This document shows positions 48,033 through 56,526 of a stretch of DNA of 64,000 nucleotides, piece after piece. A model generated the notes under the pieces. That model saw only the letters and a program-made list of their open reading frames with translations. It was not told where the DNA came from and made no database searches. Source of the DNA: Parachlamydiales bacterium (GTDB taxonomy: Bacteria; Chlamydiota; Chlamydiia; Chlamydiales; JAJFMK01); the NCBI GenBank assembly GCA_963765145.1, contig CAVXVG010000026.1:218769-282768 (forward strand), given 5' to 3'. A program made the position numbers and the translations under genes. Numbering within the stretch: the stretch's first letter is position 1; the number at the start of each line of letters is the position of its first letter.

Positions 48033-49821
48033 AAGGCTCGATCAAGAAGCTTTTAAGCTCAATAAGAACGTTTTGCTGGGCGGGAAAACAGATAGCGATA
48101 GCCGCACCTTTTGAAATGATCGGGTTGTCTGTCTTTATCTTGTTGCAGGGAGCTGTTCCAGCAGCCTCACTTTATGCTGTACAAGGTATTTTTAATTGGT
48201 TAAGCACCTCAATGGCATTCCCAATTTTCTTTGTAGTTCTTTGGGGTTTCCTTCTTTTTTGCGATGTTGCTCTATCTCCTTTTATTGCAGTGATCAGGCT
48301 TCACCTAAACGAAAAAATGTTGACGCATTGCAATGTGCTTTTGATGGAAAAAGCCAATCGAATACAAAGCCTGCTGCCATTTGAGAACGCCAAGTTTTAC
48401 GATGAAATCCAGTTCCTCAAGAATGAATCTAATAGGAGGCCGCTCAATTTCATTTATGTCGTTTCCGGCCTTGCAAAAGATGGCATAGGGCTCATTTCCG
48501 TTCTTGCTGTTCTATTCAGCATCGACTGGTGGATTCCTTGTGCCATAGCCTTAGCGTGCGTCCCACAGGCCATGTCTACACTCTGGTTTGAAAAGCAAGC
48601 TTGGGATCAGCTCCTTTTTAGAAGCCCTCACTCTCGAAAATTAGCATGGTTTTCTTCTGTTACGCTTGACGATCGTTTAGCAAAAGAAGTGCGATTATTT
48701 GGCTTTGGTCACTTCCTTATTCAAAAGTATAAAGATTTGGCTGGCAAATCGCTCCACTTCCTATCTACAGAACAGTGGAGAAGCTCATTTTTTCCGCCGC
48801 GGTTTCAGGATTAAGCGTTCTTGGTCATCTTTTCATTTTTTGTATACTCTTAATGAAAGCAAAAGAAGGCACGCTGCATATAGGAAGTTTGGTGATTACT
48901 ATCCAAGCTTTTATGCTAACCCAATCTCAATTGATCGGCTGTATTGCGAATTTAGGGATGGCTACCCCTATTCTTCTCTTCTTTCAGAAGCTAAAGGTCT
49001 TTTTGAAAGATGAGCAGCATTGCGATGCTGCAGAATCTTCAAAGCCATTTATTCAATCATTTGAAGAGATCCGATTTGAGAATGTTTCTTTTGCTTACCC
49101 TGATGGAAGAGTTGCGCTAACAAATATTAACTTCTCCATTAAGCGGGGTGAAAAAATAGCACTTGTTGGCGAAAACGGAGCAGGAAAATCGACCCTTGTA
49201 AAACTTCTGCTACGTTTTTACGAACCTACACAGGGAACGATCACAGTTGATGGAAAAGATTTAGCTTCGTTCGACCTCAAAAGCTGGCGATCTGCTATTA
49301 GTTGCGTTTTCCAAGACTTTGGTCAATATCACTTAACCGTTCACGAAAACATCGCGCTTGGAGATTTAAACGCCCAACCTGAAGCCATTTCAAAAGCAGC
49401 CCAAAAAAGTGGGTTTGAAACAACTCAAGAAAAGCTTCCTCTTGGGGCTAATACCCCTTTGGGGAAAGAATTTGGAGGCACTTCCCTCTCTGGAGGAGAA
49501 TGGCAAAAACTGGCTATGTCACGGGCTTTTGTCCGTGAATCAGCTTCTTTGCTCATTCTAGATGAGCCTTCCTCATCGTTAGACCCTCAGAGTGAACAGG
49601 CCATTTTTAAGTTATTTGCAGAACAGTCTCAAGGGAAAACAGCTCTATTGATCACCCACAGATTAGGATCAGTCAAAATGACAGACCGAATCCTAGTACT
49701 AAAAAAGGGGCGTTTGGCTGAAGAAGGCACCCATCACCACCTGTTAAATCTGAACCAAGAATATGCCTCGTTATTTCTTCTGCAAGCTAATCAGTATAGA
49801 TTGACTGAATCAGTTCTTTAA
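48029..49821 (+). pseudogene. ABC exporter, fused permease-ATPase (MsbA-like), one frameshift
   Basis: ORF 48029-48814 carries the TM domain. ORF 48775-49821 carries the rest of the TMD plus Walker A GENGAGKST, the signature LSGGEWQK and Walker B LLILDEPSS. The frames switch somewhere in 48733-48814. Confidence 0.8.
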
Positions 49822-50024
49822 CTAGGCTAGAGCTTAAAACAAGGAATCGCCGTCGTTGCTGACTCGAACATCCGCTGAGGGACCTTGGATATTTGATGAA
49901 GCGAATGTCTATGGCTCCCTCCCACGCATGTGCAACTTGCAGAATAGTTAAAACCAACCAGCCTCCTCCTCGGCGCTTGCAGCGAGCATAGGTAAATTGT
50001 AAATTACATATCGGTAGTTGGATG

Positions 50025-50113
50025 TGTGCCCGTGCCCGAATTTTTAGATAGTAACTTTTTTTTGCACTAGTTTCGCAGCTTTTTATCTAGGAATTTTCGA
50101 GCACAAGCAGGGG
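50025..50113. repeat. R6-related palindromic element
   Basis: TGTGCCCGTGCCCGAATTTTTAGATAG ... CTAGGAATTTTCGAGCACAAGCAGGGG. Confidence 0.55.
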
Positions 50114-50187
50114 CAATGGTATTGGTTAATTGGGATATGAGGTTAATTTGGGCAAGGAAATCATCATTTCAGCTAAATTATTTGGCT

Positions 50188-50673
50188 ATGCAGCCGGCAG
50201 CGCTTGTTATTTTACAAGACCCAATCACTTCTCATGTTCTTTTGGTAAAAAGAAAAGATGTCCCTATCTGGGTCATACCGGGAGGAGGGATTGATGAAGG
50301 GGAAGAGCCGGAAGCGGCAGCTAAAAGAGAACTTTTTGAAGAGACAACTTTGTCTGCTTCAGGATTGGTTTTGCGTTGCCACCTGTTTCCGGTGAATCGG
50401 TGGGCCGCCGAAACGTTTATTTTTTTTTCTAATTTTTTTGAAGGGTCTCCGGTCTCCACAGCAGAAACGGCTGCTGTCGCATTTTTTCCACTCGACCAAC
50501 TGCCTGATTCCCTTTTTATTATCCATCGCCAATGGCTTTTTAAAGCTCTTTCGACTGAAAGCCTGATTCAAGGAAAGATAGAGGAGGTGACTTGGAAGAG
50601 CATCATCCGCTATGCTATACGTTCTCCAAAGATTGTCTTTGGCTTTCTTTGGACCTATCTGACAAAACTTTAA
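50188..50673 (+). CDS. NUDIX hydrolase
   Basis: Nudix box GGGIDEGEEPEAAAKRELFEETTL. The ATG at 50188 (MQPAALVILQ) is preferred, because the track start at 50116 abuts the R6 repeat. Confidence 0.7.
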   Translation: MQPAALVILQDPITSHVLLVKRKDVPIWVIPGGGIDEGEEPEAAAKRELFEETTLSASGLVLRCHLFPVNRWAAETFIFFSNFFEGSPVSTAETAAVAFFPLDQLPDSLFIIHRQWLFKALSTESLIQGKIEEVTWKSIIRYAIRSPKIVFGFLWTYLTKL

Positions 50674-50683
50674 TGAGTAATTT

Positions 50684-51253
50684 ATGAGTATAAAATCTGA
50701 CGAATGGATCCGCGAACAATCTGAAAGGATGGGGTTAATTGAACCTTTCATTCCCCATCAGGTCAAAAGAACTGACGATGGTTCGCCTTTAGTTAGCTAT
50801 GGTCTTTCAAGTTACGGCTATGACCTCCGTGTTGCAGACGAATTCAAAGTATTTACAAATGTATATAACACAATCGTTGATCCTAAAAACTTCTCACCCG
50901 ATTCTTTCGTCGACATCAAGGGCCCTTATTGCGTCATTCCAGGCAATTCCTTTGCTTTAGCAAGAAGTGTTGAGTATTTTCGTATACCTAGAGATGTGCT
51001 CACGCTATGTATTGGAAAGTCGACCTATGCTCGTTGCGGTATCATTGTGAATGTCACCCCGTTTGAACCTGAATGGGAAGGGTACGTCACCATAGAGATT
51101 TCCAATACCACACCGCTTCCTGCGAAAATTTATTCAGATGAAGGGATAGCGCAGGTTCTTTTTTTCCAATCCGATTCTTCTTGCCTTACATCTTATAAAG
51201 ATCGTAACGGTAAGTATATGAAACAGGAAGGGATTGTTGTCCCACGCATCTAA
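50684..51253 (+). CDS. dcd: dCTP deaminase
   Basis: 189 aa starting [11 protein letters not shown], with [26 protein letters not shown] and [15 protein letters not shown]. Confidence 0.9.
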   Translation: MSIKSDEWIREQSERMGLIEPFIPHQVKRTDDGSPLVSYGLSSYGYDLRVADEFKVFTNVYNTIVDPKNFSPDSFVDIKGPYCVIPGNSFALARSVEYFRIPRDVLTLCIGKSTYARCGIIVNVTPFEPEWEGYVTIEISNTTPLPAKIYSDEGIAQVLFFQSDSSCLTSYKDRNGKYMKQEGIVVPRI

Positions 51254-51581
51254 TACGCTACAAAAATATCTAGAAGAAAAAAGGCTTGCTTTTAGGCCTT
51301 TTTTCTTTATCCCCTTGATTACCAAGTGGCCAACACTTCTCCTTTGTTTTTTGATCTTATCTCTCCCTTTTGTTTTTCGCTTCCTTCGTTTACATGATGA
51401 AGAAGAGCTGCTATTAAAAAAGCATGCTCAACTGGATATGGAAATTGTGAAAGAACAGACTCGGAAAGCGGTACTTGAAAAAGAGCGAAAGCACGCAGAA
51501 GACCCCCGTTTTTTTGAAGTGCTAATGATGGAGCGTTTAGGTGTTGTGCCTAGAGGCGCCAGGGTCATTTCGAAGGAATAG
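51234..51581 (+). CDS. small membrane protein, possibly FtsB/DivIC-like
   Basis: One TM segment ([17 protein letters not shown]) is followed by a coiled coil ([31 protein letters not shown]). The tail [19 protein letters not shown] resembles the IE..AR..LG.V..GE.V end of septum-formation initiators. The start is uncertain because it overlaps dcd by 20 nt. Confidence 0.35.
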   Translation: MLSHASNTLQKYLEEKRLAFRPFFFIPLITKWPTLLLCFLILSLPFVFRFLRLHDEEELLLKKHAQLDMEIVKEQTRKAVLEKERKHAEDPRFFEVLMMERLGVVPRGARVISKE

Positions 51582-51583
51582 GA

Positions 51584-52828
51584 ATGGATTCCAACCAATT
51601 TCTATTGATACCGATTATTTTATTTACAGTTTCGTCGGCTTTTTTTTCAGCTTCTGAAACAGCGTTTTTCTCTCTGCCGCGCGCATGGGTTAAAAGTGCC
51701 GAAAATTCGCCTTTTGCCCATATAAGGCTCATTGCCAAGCTATTAAAAACTCCTCAAGACCTTTTAGTTACCATTTTTATTTTGAATACAGTGGTGAATA
51801 TTTTGGTTCAGAACAGTGTGTCGGCCTATATTGGGGAAAATGGAAGCTTTGTAGCAAAAATCTTTATCCCGTTCTTTCTCCTGCTATTTCTAGGCGAAGT
51901 CTTCCCCAAGCAATTGGGAATGGTCAAAAATAGAACACTTGCAGAATCTTTTGCCCCGATTTTAGATAAGCTAAACCGATGGATTGCCCCTTTGAGGGTG
52001 GGAGTGATGAAGGTGACCCTTCCTCTCTCAAGGATACTGTTTGCTTTTCTGCAAAGAGATCGGTTGTTGGGCCAAGAAGAGATCGAACATGTCCTTTCTT
52101 CTTCACAAGAAAGGGGAGTGATCTATCCGGAAGAGGTTGAATTAGCCTCAGGATATTTGGATCTGAAAGAATCTTTGGTAAGAGATGTTCAACTGCCAAA
52201 AGAGGATATGGAGGGGTACGACACCCACGAGCCTTTAACCAAACTGTCTCACCTTTTATCAGAGGGGGGCCACAAAGAAGTTCCGATCTATCAGCGAAAT
52301 TGGGACCATCTGTTGGGTACCCTATCTGTGAACACCTACCTTCAAATACGCGATAAGCTAAAGACAAGTCAGGACATCAAAAAGTTTGTCGAAAAGCCGT
52401 TTTTTATCCCTGAGGTAGCTCCTGCGCGCGTTTTATTGGAAGAGCTTTTGAAAAAGGGAAAGACTACCGCTTTTTGTATCGATGAATTTGGTGGGCTTGC
52501 AGGGACATGTCTTTTAGAAGATTTAGTTGAAGTTGTTTTTGGAACCCTTGGAAGTTCTGTGCAAGAAGAGCTTGATTACCAAGTGGTTTCTCCAACTGCC
52601 ATCATTGCCGATGGAACGATGGACTTAGACGAGCTCGAATCTTTCTTTAAAGTGAATTTAAGAGGAGAAAGCATTTCCCAGAGTGTGGGAGGGTGGTTGA
52701 TCGATGAAATTGGCGATATTCCAAAGATAGGACTTCTTTTTGAAAAGAGCGGAATTGAATTTCAAGTGGTTTCTGCCGAGCCCCACAGGGTAAAAAAGGT
52801 GTTTATTAAGAGGAGAGAACCTAAATGA
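51584..52828 (+). CDS. DUF21-CBS-CorC (CNNM/TlyC-type hemolysin-family) membrane protein
   Basis: 414 aa with an N-terminal DUF21 TM region (SASETAFFSL), a CBS pair and a C-terminal CorC_HlyC-like domain. Confidence 0.8.
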   Translation: MDSNQFLLIPIILFTVSSAFFSASETAFFSLPRAWVKSAENSPFAHIRLIAKLLKTPQDLLVTIFILNTVVNILVQNSVSAYIGENGSFVAKIFIPFFLLLFLGEVFPKQLGMVKNRTLAESFAPILDKLNRWIAPLRVGVMKVTLPLSRILFAFLQRDRLLGQEEIEHVLSSSQERGVIYPEEVELASGYLDLKESLVRDVQLPKEDMEGYDTHEPLTKLSHLLSEGGHKEVPIYQRNWDHLLGTLSVNTYLQIRDKLKTSQDIKKFVEKPFFIPEVAPARVLLEELLKKGKTTAFCIDEFGGLAGTCLLEDLVEVVFGTLGSSVQEELDYQVVSPTAIIADGTMDLDELESFFKVNLRGESISQSVGGWLIDEIGDIPKIGLLFEKSGIEFQVVSAEPHRVKKVFIKRREPK

Positions 52829-52832
52829 TATT

Positions 52833-52964
52833 CAGCAATTCTCCCCAGCCTTTGAATTGCCCATACCCAGGGTTGCATCACCCTTTCAGGGTTACTTTAC
52901 CCTGGGCTACAATCCTTCACCCCATTCTGGGGTGCTTCACTTTTTTTTACAGAGGGAATTGCTG
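52833..52964. repeat. R2 element, copy 2
   Basis: CAGCAATTCTCC...CCCAGGGTTGCATCACCCTTTCAGGGTTACTTTACCCTGGGCTACAATCCTTCACCCCATTCTGGGGTGCTTC...GGGAATTGCTG. It ends 1 nt before the ATG at 52966 of the next gene. Confidence 0.85.
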
Positions 52965-52965
52965 A

Positions 52966-54072
52966 ATGATGCTCTGGATCATTCTCGACATTCTCTCTTT
53001 AATCGCCCTTTCGTTTTTTTCGATGTTTGAAATGGCTGCCATCTCGTTTGATAGGCTGAAAGTCGATTATTATGTTGCTAGGGGCTACAGACGAATCATT
53101 TGGTTACAAGAGCTGCTCAATAAGCCCTCTGCCCTTTTTGGTACCACTTTAGTCGGAGTGAATCTTTCTCTTGTTTTTGGTGCTGAATGTTCTCGTAATA
53201 TCTTTTTTGCTATGGGGATTTCTCCCGATTTTGCCCCCATCATGCAAATCACATTGGCAATTATTTTGGGGGAATTGGCACCCATGTTTGCAGCTAGAAA
53301 ACACCCAGAGCATGTGGTGTTTTTAGGGATACCCATTATCTATTGGACCTCACGTATCTTGGCACCTTTTCTCCACCTTGTCGAATGGCTTTCTCAGGTT
53401 GGCAATAAGCTTGTCAGAAGTCACGGAGAAATGACCTTTATTCCACGTGAAGAGCTTGTGGAGATGATTGAGGGGAGTACCACCCAAAATGCCGGGGAAG
53501 AAGAGGGGTCTCGTCGAACATTGTCGGCCATCTTTTCGCTTGGAGAACGGCAGGTGGCCAGCCTGTTGCAGCCGCTTGAAGCTTTTCCAAGACTGCCTTT
53601 AAAGGCAACTGTTGGGGAATTACGTGAGAAGGTAAAAGGTAAACCCTATTCGTTTGCCCTTTTAACATCAGAAGAGAAAGAAGGGTTTTTAGGATGGGTT
53701 GCTTTACGTGATCTTCTTCGCATTCCAGACAACAGACGGGTGAGAGATTGGATTCGGCAGCCGACTCAAGTAGATCAGAAGTCAAGCCTCTTACAGCTAT
53801 TGAATATTTTTCGAAAAGAAAAAGTAGAAGTCGTTGTAGGAGTAGATGAGAAAGGGAACACAATGGGTCTTTTAACATTTGATCAGCTGATTCTATCTCT
53901 TTTCCCTCAAGATCGGGGAGAACCTGTCAATCCCAACCTCTTTGTAGACAGAACATTTGATGGACAAACTCCACTTGCACAGGTGGAAAAACAGCTAGAA
54001 ACCAGCCTTGGATTGCCTCCTGACCTGCCCCTATCTGAGTTTATGGTTTCAACAATTGGGAGAGCACCCTGA
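52966..54072 (+). CDS. DUF21-CBS membrane protein (second TlyC/CNNM paralogue)
   Basis: 368 aa with FSMFEMAAISF, GELAPMFAARKHPE and a CBS-like region. It lacks an obvious CorC tail. Confidence 0.75.
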   Translation: MMLWIILDILSLIALSFFSMFEMAAISFDRLKVDYYVARGYRRIIWLQELLNKPSALFGTTLVGVNLSLVFGAECSRNIFFAMGISPDFAPIMQITLAIILGELAPMFAARKHPEHVVFLGIPIIYWTSRILAPFLHLVEWLSQVGNKLVRSHGEMTFIPREELVEMIEGSTTQNAGEEEGSRRTLSAIFSLGERQVASLLQPLEAFPRLPLKATVGELREKVKGKPYSFALLTSEEKEGFLGWVALRDLLRIPDNRRVRDWIRQPTQVDQKSSLLQLLNIFRKEKVEVVVGVDEKGNTMGLLTFDQLILSLFPQDRGEPVNPNLFVDRTFDGQTPLAQVEKQLETSLGLPPDLPLSEFMVSTIGRAP

Positions 54073-54210
54073 GGAAGGAGCTCATTTTGTCTTAGGGGGA
54101 TTTGACTGGAGAGTGGAAAGTTTACCACTCATTGCAGTTGAAAAGGTGAGAATTAAAAGCTCCTCTTGATTTTCATCCCTTTTCTGGTTAACATATTCGA
54201 TATTCAGTGC

Positions 54211-54299
54211 GGAAGAGTGGCAGAGCGGCCGATTGCACCTGTCTTGAAAACAGGAGGCCCCTCCGGGGTCCGTGGGTTCAAATCCTACCTCTTCCGCCA
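54211..54299 (+). tRNA. tRNA-Ser (anticodon TGA), CCA encoded
   Basis: GGAAGAGTGGCAGAGCGGCCGATTGCACCTGTCTTGAAAACAGGAGGCCCCTCCGGGGTCCGTGGGTTCAAATCCTACCTCTTCCGCCA has the anticodon loop CTTGAAA, a long variable arm and a GGTTCAAATCC T-loop. Confidence 0.9.
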
Positions 54300-54347
54300 A
54301 TTTTTCTTCGTTTGAGCTAATCCTTCACTTTAGATATAAGTAAGTCC

Positions 54348-54929
54348 ATGATTGCTCGTCCCAAAATTTTAGCATTTGCAGGAAGCCTGCGTAAAGATTC
54401 TTACAATAAAAAGTTGATAAGGATCGCAGTAAAAGGAGCCGAAGAGGCTGGCGGAGATGTCCGTTTAATCGATCTTTTAGATTACCAACTCCCTCTTTAT
54501 AACGAAGACATTGAAAGGGATTCAGGGGTGCCAGAAAAGGCTAAAGAGCTGAAAAAAATGATGATTGAAAGCCAAGGATTTTTGCTTTCATGTCCAGAAT
54601 ATAACAGCTCAATCTCAGGTGTATTAAAAAATACAATTGACTGGGCCTCTAGGCCTGCTACTCCCGATGAAGAAGACCTGATTTGTTTTAAGAAAAAGAT
54701 AGTGACCTTGATGAGTGCTTCACCTGGTCCTTTAGGAGGGTTGCGAGGACTTGTGACAGTTCGCTCCATCTTCGGTAACATCAACTGCATTGTCCTTCCC
54801 AATCAAAAATGCATCTCTAAGGCGTTCGATGCCTTTAATGCTGACGGGTCATTAAAAGATCCGAAAGCACAAGAAAGTGTACTCCAGCTCGGCCGCGACC
54901 ACGTCAACTTTTTGAAAAGTCTAGCGTAA
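54348..54929 (+). CDS. NAD(P)H-dependent FMN reductase family oxidoreductase
   Basis: ILAFAGSLRKDSYNKKL and CPEYNSSISGVLKNTIDWASR. 193 aa. Confidence 0.8.
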   Translation: MIARPKILAFAGSLRKDSYNKKLIRIAVKGAEEAGGDVRLIDLLDYQLPLYNEDIERDSGVPEKAKELKKMMIESQGFLLSCPEYNSSISGVLKNTIDWASRPATPDEEDLICFKKKIVTLMSASPGPLGGLRGLVTVRSIFGNINCIVLPNQKCISKAFDAFNADGSLKDPKAQESVLQLGRDHVNFLKSLA

Positions 54930-54932
54930 GTA

Positions 54933-55026
54933 CGCGAAGCGTTTGGAGTGCTAAACTCCTGTTTAGCTTTCACTTGCTAGTGAGAGTGAAAGCGAAACAG
55001 GAGTTTAGCACTCCAAACGCTTCGCG
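54933..55026. repeat. R1 palindromic element, copy 4 (most perfect hairpin)
   Basis: CGCGAAGCGTTTGGAGTGCTAAACTCCTGTTTAGCTTTCACT..AGTGAAAGCGAAACAGGAGTTTAGCACTCCAAACGCTTCGCG has stems of roughly 40 bp. It lies between convergent stop codons at 54929 and 55045. Confidence 0.9.
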
Positions 55027-55044
55027 TATTTTTTCAGCGCGTAG

Positions 55045-55530
55045 TTATTTCGTAATGGTAATTTTGACGATCTTTTGTGTCTCAACTGGCTTGTCGTGAT
55101 GGTCGGTTTTTGTTGTCTCGATTTTTTTGACAACTTCGTAGCCGGCTGTTACTTCGCCAAAAATGGTGTGGTTGCCATTGAGCCAAGGGGTTTCGGCCGT
55201 TGTGATAAAAAACTGGCTTCCGTTGGTGTTAGGACCACAGTTTGCCATCGCAAGAAGACCGGGCTTATCAAAAGTTAGGTCTCTGTGACATTCGTCTGGA
55301 AAGGCTTTTCCAAATGTTGATTCTCCGCCACGGCCTGTGCCGGTCGGATCGCCGCCTTGTACCATAAAATTTTTGATGACACGGTGAAAGATTACATTGT
55401 TGTAGTAGCCTTTCTCAGCCAACGCAATAAAGTTTTCAACAGCTTTAGGTGCTTTTGCAGGAAATAGGGTGATGGTGAAACTGCCTTGCGTTGTCTCCAT
55501 CACAATTTTGGGAAGAGGTTCTTTTGTCAT
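55045..55530 (-). CDS. peptidyl-prolyl cis-trans isomerase, cyclophilin type
   Basis: FHRVIKNFMVQGGDPTGTGRGGES and NGSQFFITT. The start is placed at MTKEPLPK (55530), but the alternatives 55575 and 55500 cannot be excluded. Confidence 0.9.
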   Translation of the reverse strand: MTKEPLPKIVMETTQGSFTITLFPAKAPKAVENFIALAEKGYYNNVIFHRVIKNFMVQGGDPTGTGRGGESTFGKAFPDECHRDLTFDKPGLLAMANCGPNTNGSQFFITTAETPWLNGNHTIFGEVTAGYEVVKKIETTKTDHHDKPVETQKIVKITITK

Positions 55531-55599
55531 ACCACAAAGTATAACAACTCTTGTCCTTAAAGGGGAGCAGGACATACAATTTTTTCACTTTAAGTCTTT

Positions 55600-55686
55600 G
55601 GAAGAGTGGCAGAGTGGCCGATTGCGTCTGTCTCGAAAACAGATTCACCTGAAAAGGTGACGGGGGTTCAAATCCCTCCTCTTCCG
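55600..55686 (+). tRNA. tRNA-Ser (anticodon CGA)
   Basis: GGAAGAGTGGCAGAGTGGCCGATTGCGTCTGTCTCGAAAACAGATTCACCTGAAAAGGTGACGGGGGTTCAAATCCCTCCTCTTCCG has the anticodon loop CTCGAAA and a long variable arm. No CCA is encoded. Confidence 0.9.
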
Positions 55687-55731
55687 TTTCCTTTTTATTG
55701 CCCCTTAATAGAGCCGTAGTATCAGTGGGGT

Positions 55732-56526
55732 ATGGAGCAACCCCTTACCTTTGAGATGTTTCGAGAGGTCCAGGCCAAGCTGGAGGCACTGGGGGCGCCG
55801 CTTTCTGAGTATAATTTTCCTAACCTATTCTTTTTTAGAGAGAAGCATGAATACCGTCTAGTGGGAGATTTTATTAGAGGAAAAAGTTACCAGGGGGAAA
55901 CCTTTTATCTGCCCCTTAAGAGCGATATTAGAGCGGAAGAAGGGCCCTATTTTCCGATTCCCGATGAATGGCTGAAGAATTTTGAGGGGATGAAGCGCTA
56001 CGAGAAGGTAGAGGACCGAGATTATTTATTTAAAAGAGAGACTTTAGAAGGGCTGCCAGGACGCCACCGCTCAGGTCAGAGGAATCAAATAGCCCAGTTT
56101 GAAAGAGATCACCCTTTTGCCCGAGTCCATCCACTCGAGGAGGAAAAATTTCCGCTAATTCTGAAGCTTTTAGATGAGTGGGAGTTGTCTGTCCCAGAGG
56201 GAGATGCTAAGAATGCTAGAGAAGCACTGAAGTACATGGATGCCTTTGATCTAGAAGGTATTATGCTTGAAGAAGGAGATGAGGCTGCCGGCTTCCTGAT
56301 TTTTTCTGTCCAAAACGGCGAAACTCTTTTGCTCCATTTTGCAAAAACTTTACCCCGGTTCAAAGGTGCTTTTCCTTATTTGATAAGATCACTTGCCCGT
56401 GCAACATCGTATCCGTGGATAAATTTTGAACAAGACTTGGGAATTAAAGGTATTCGGAAAGAAAAAGAGTCGTTAGTGCCAGATTTGCTTAAAAAGAAAT
56501 GGTGGATAGCAGTACAAAGAGAGTAA
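55732..56526 (+). CDS. DUF2156-like protein (fold related to the C-terminal domain of lysyl-phosphatidylglycerol synthase)
   Basis: 264 aa with LSEYNFPNLFFFREKHEYR near the N-terminus and a GNAT-like second half. This assignment is by recollection of the family pattern only. Confidence 0.4.
   Translation: MEQPLTFEMFREVQAKLEALGAPLSEYNFPNLFFFREKHEYRLVGDFIRGKSYQGETFYLPLKSDIRAEEGPYFPIPDEWLKNFEGMKRYEKVEDRDYLFKRETLEGLPGRHRSGQRNQIAQFERDHPFARVHPLEEEKFPLILKLLDEWELSVPEGDAKNAREALKYMDAFDLEGIMLEEGDEAAGFLIFSVQNGETLLLHFAKTLPRFKGAFPYLIRSLARATSYPWINFEQDLGIKGIRKEKESLVPDLLKKKWWIAVQRE

Noticed and set aside
54082-54300. 72-aa minus-strand ORF (MAEEVGFEPTDPGG…)
   Set aside because: It is antisense to tRNA-Ser(TGA). 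FEPT is the classic translation of a T-arm.
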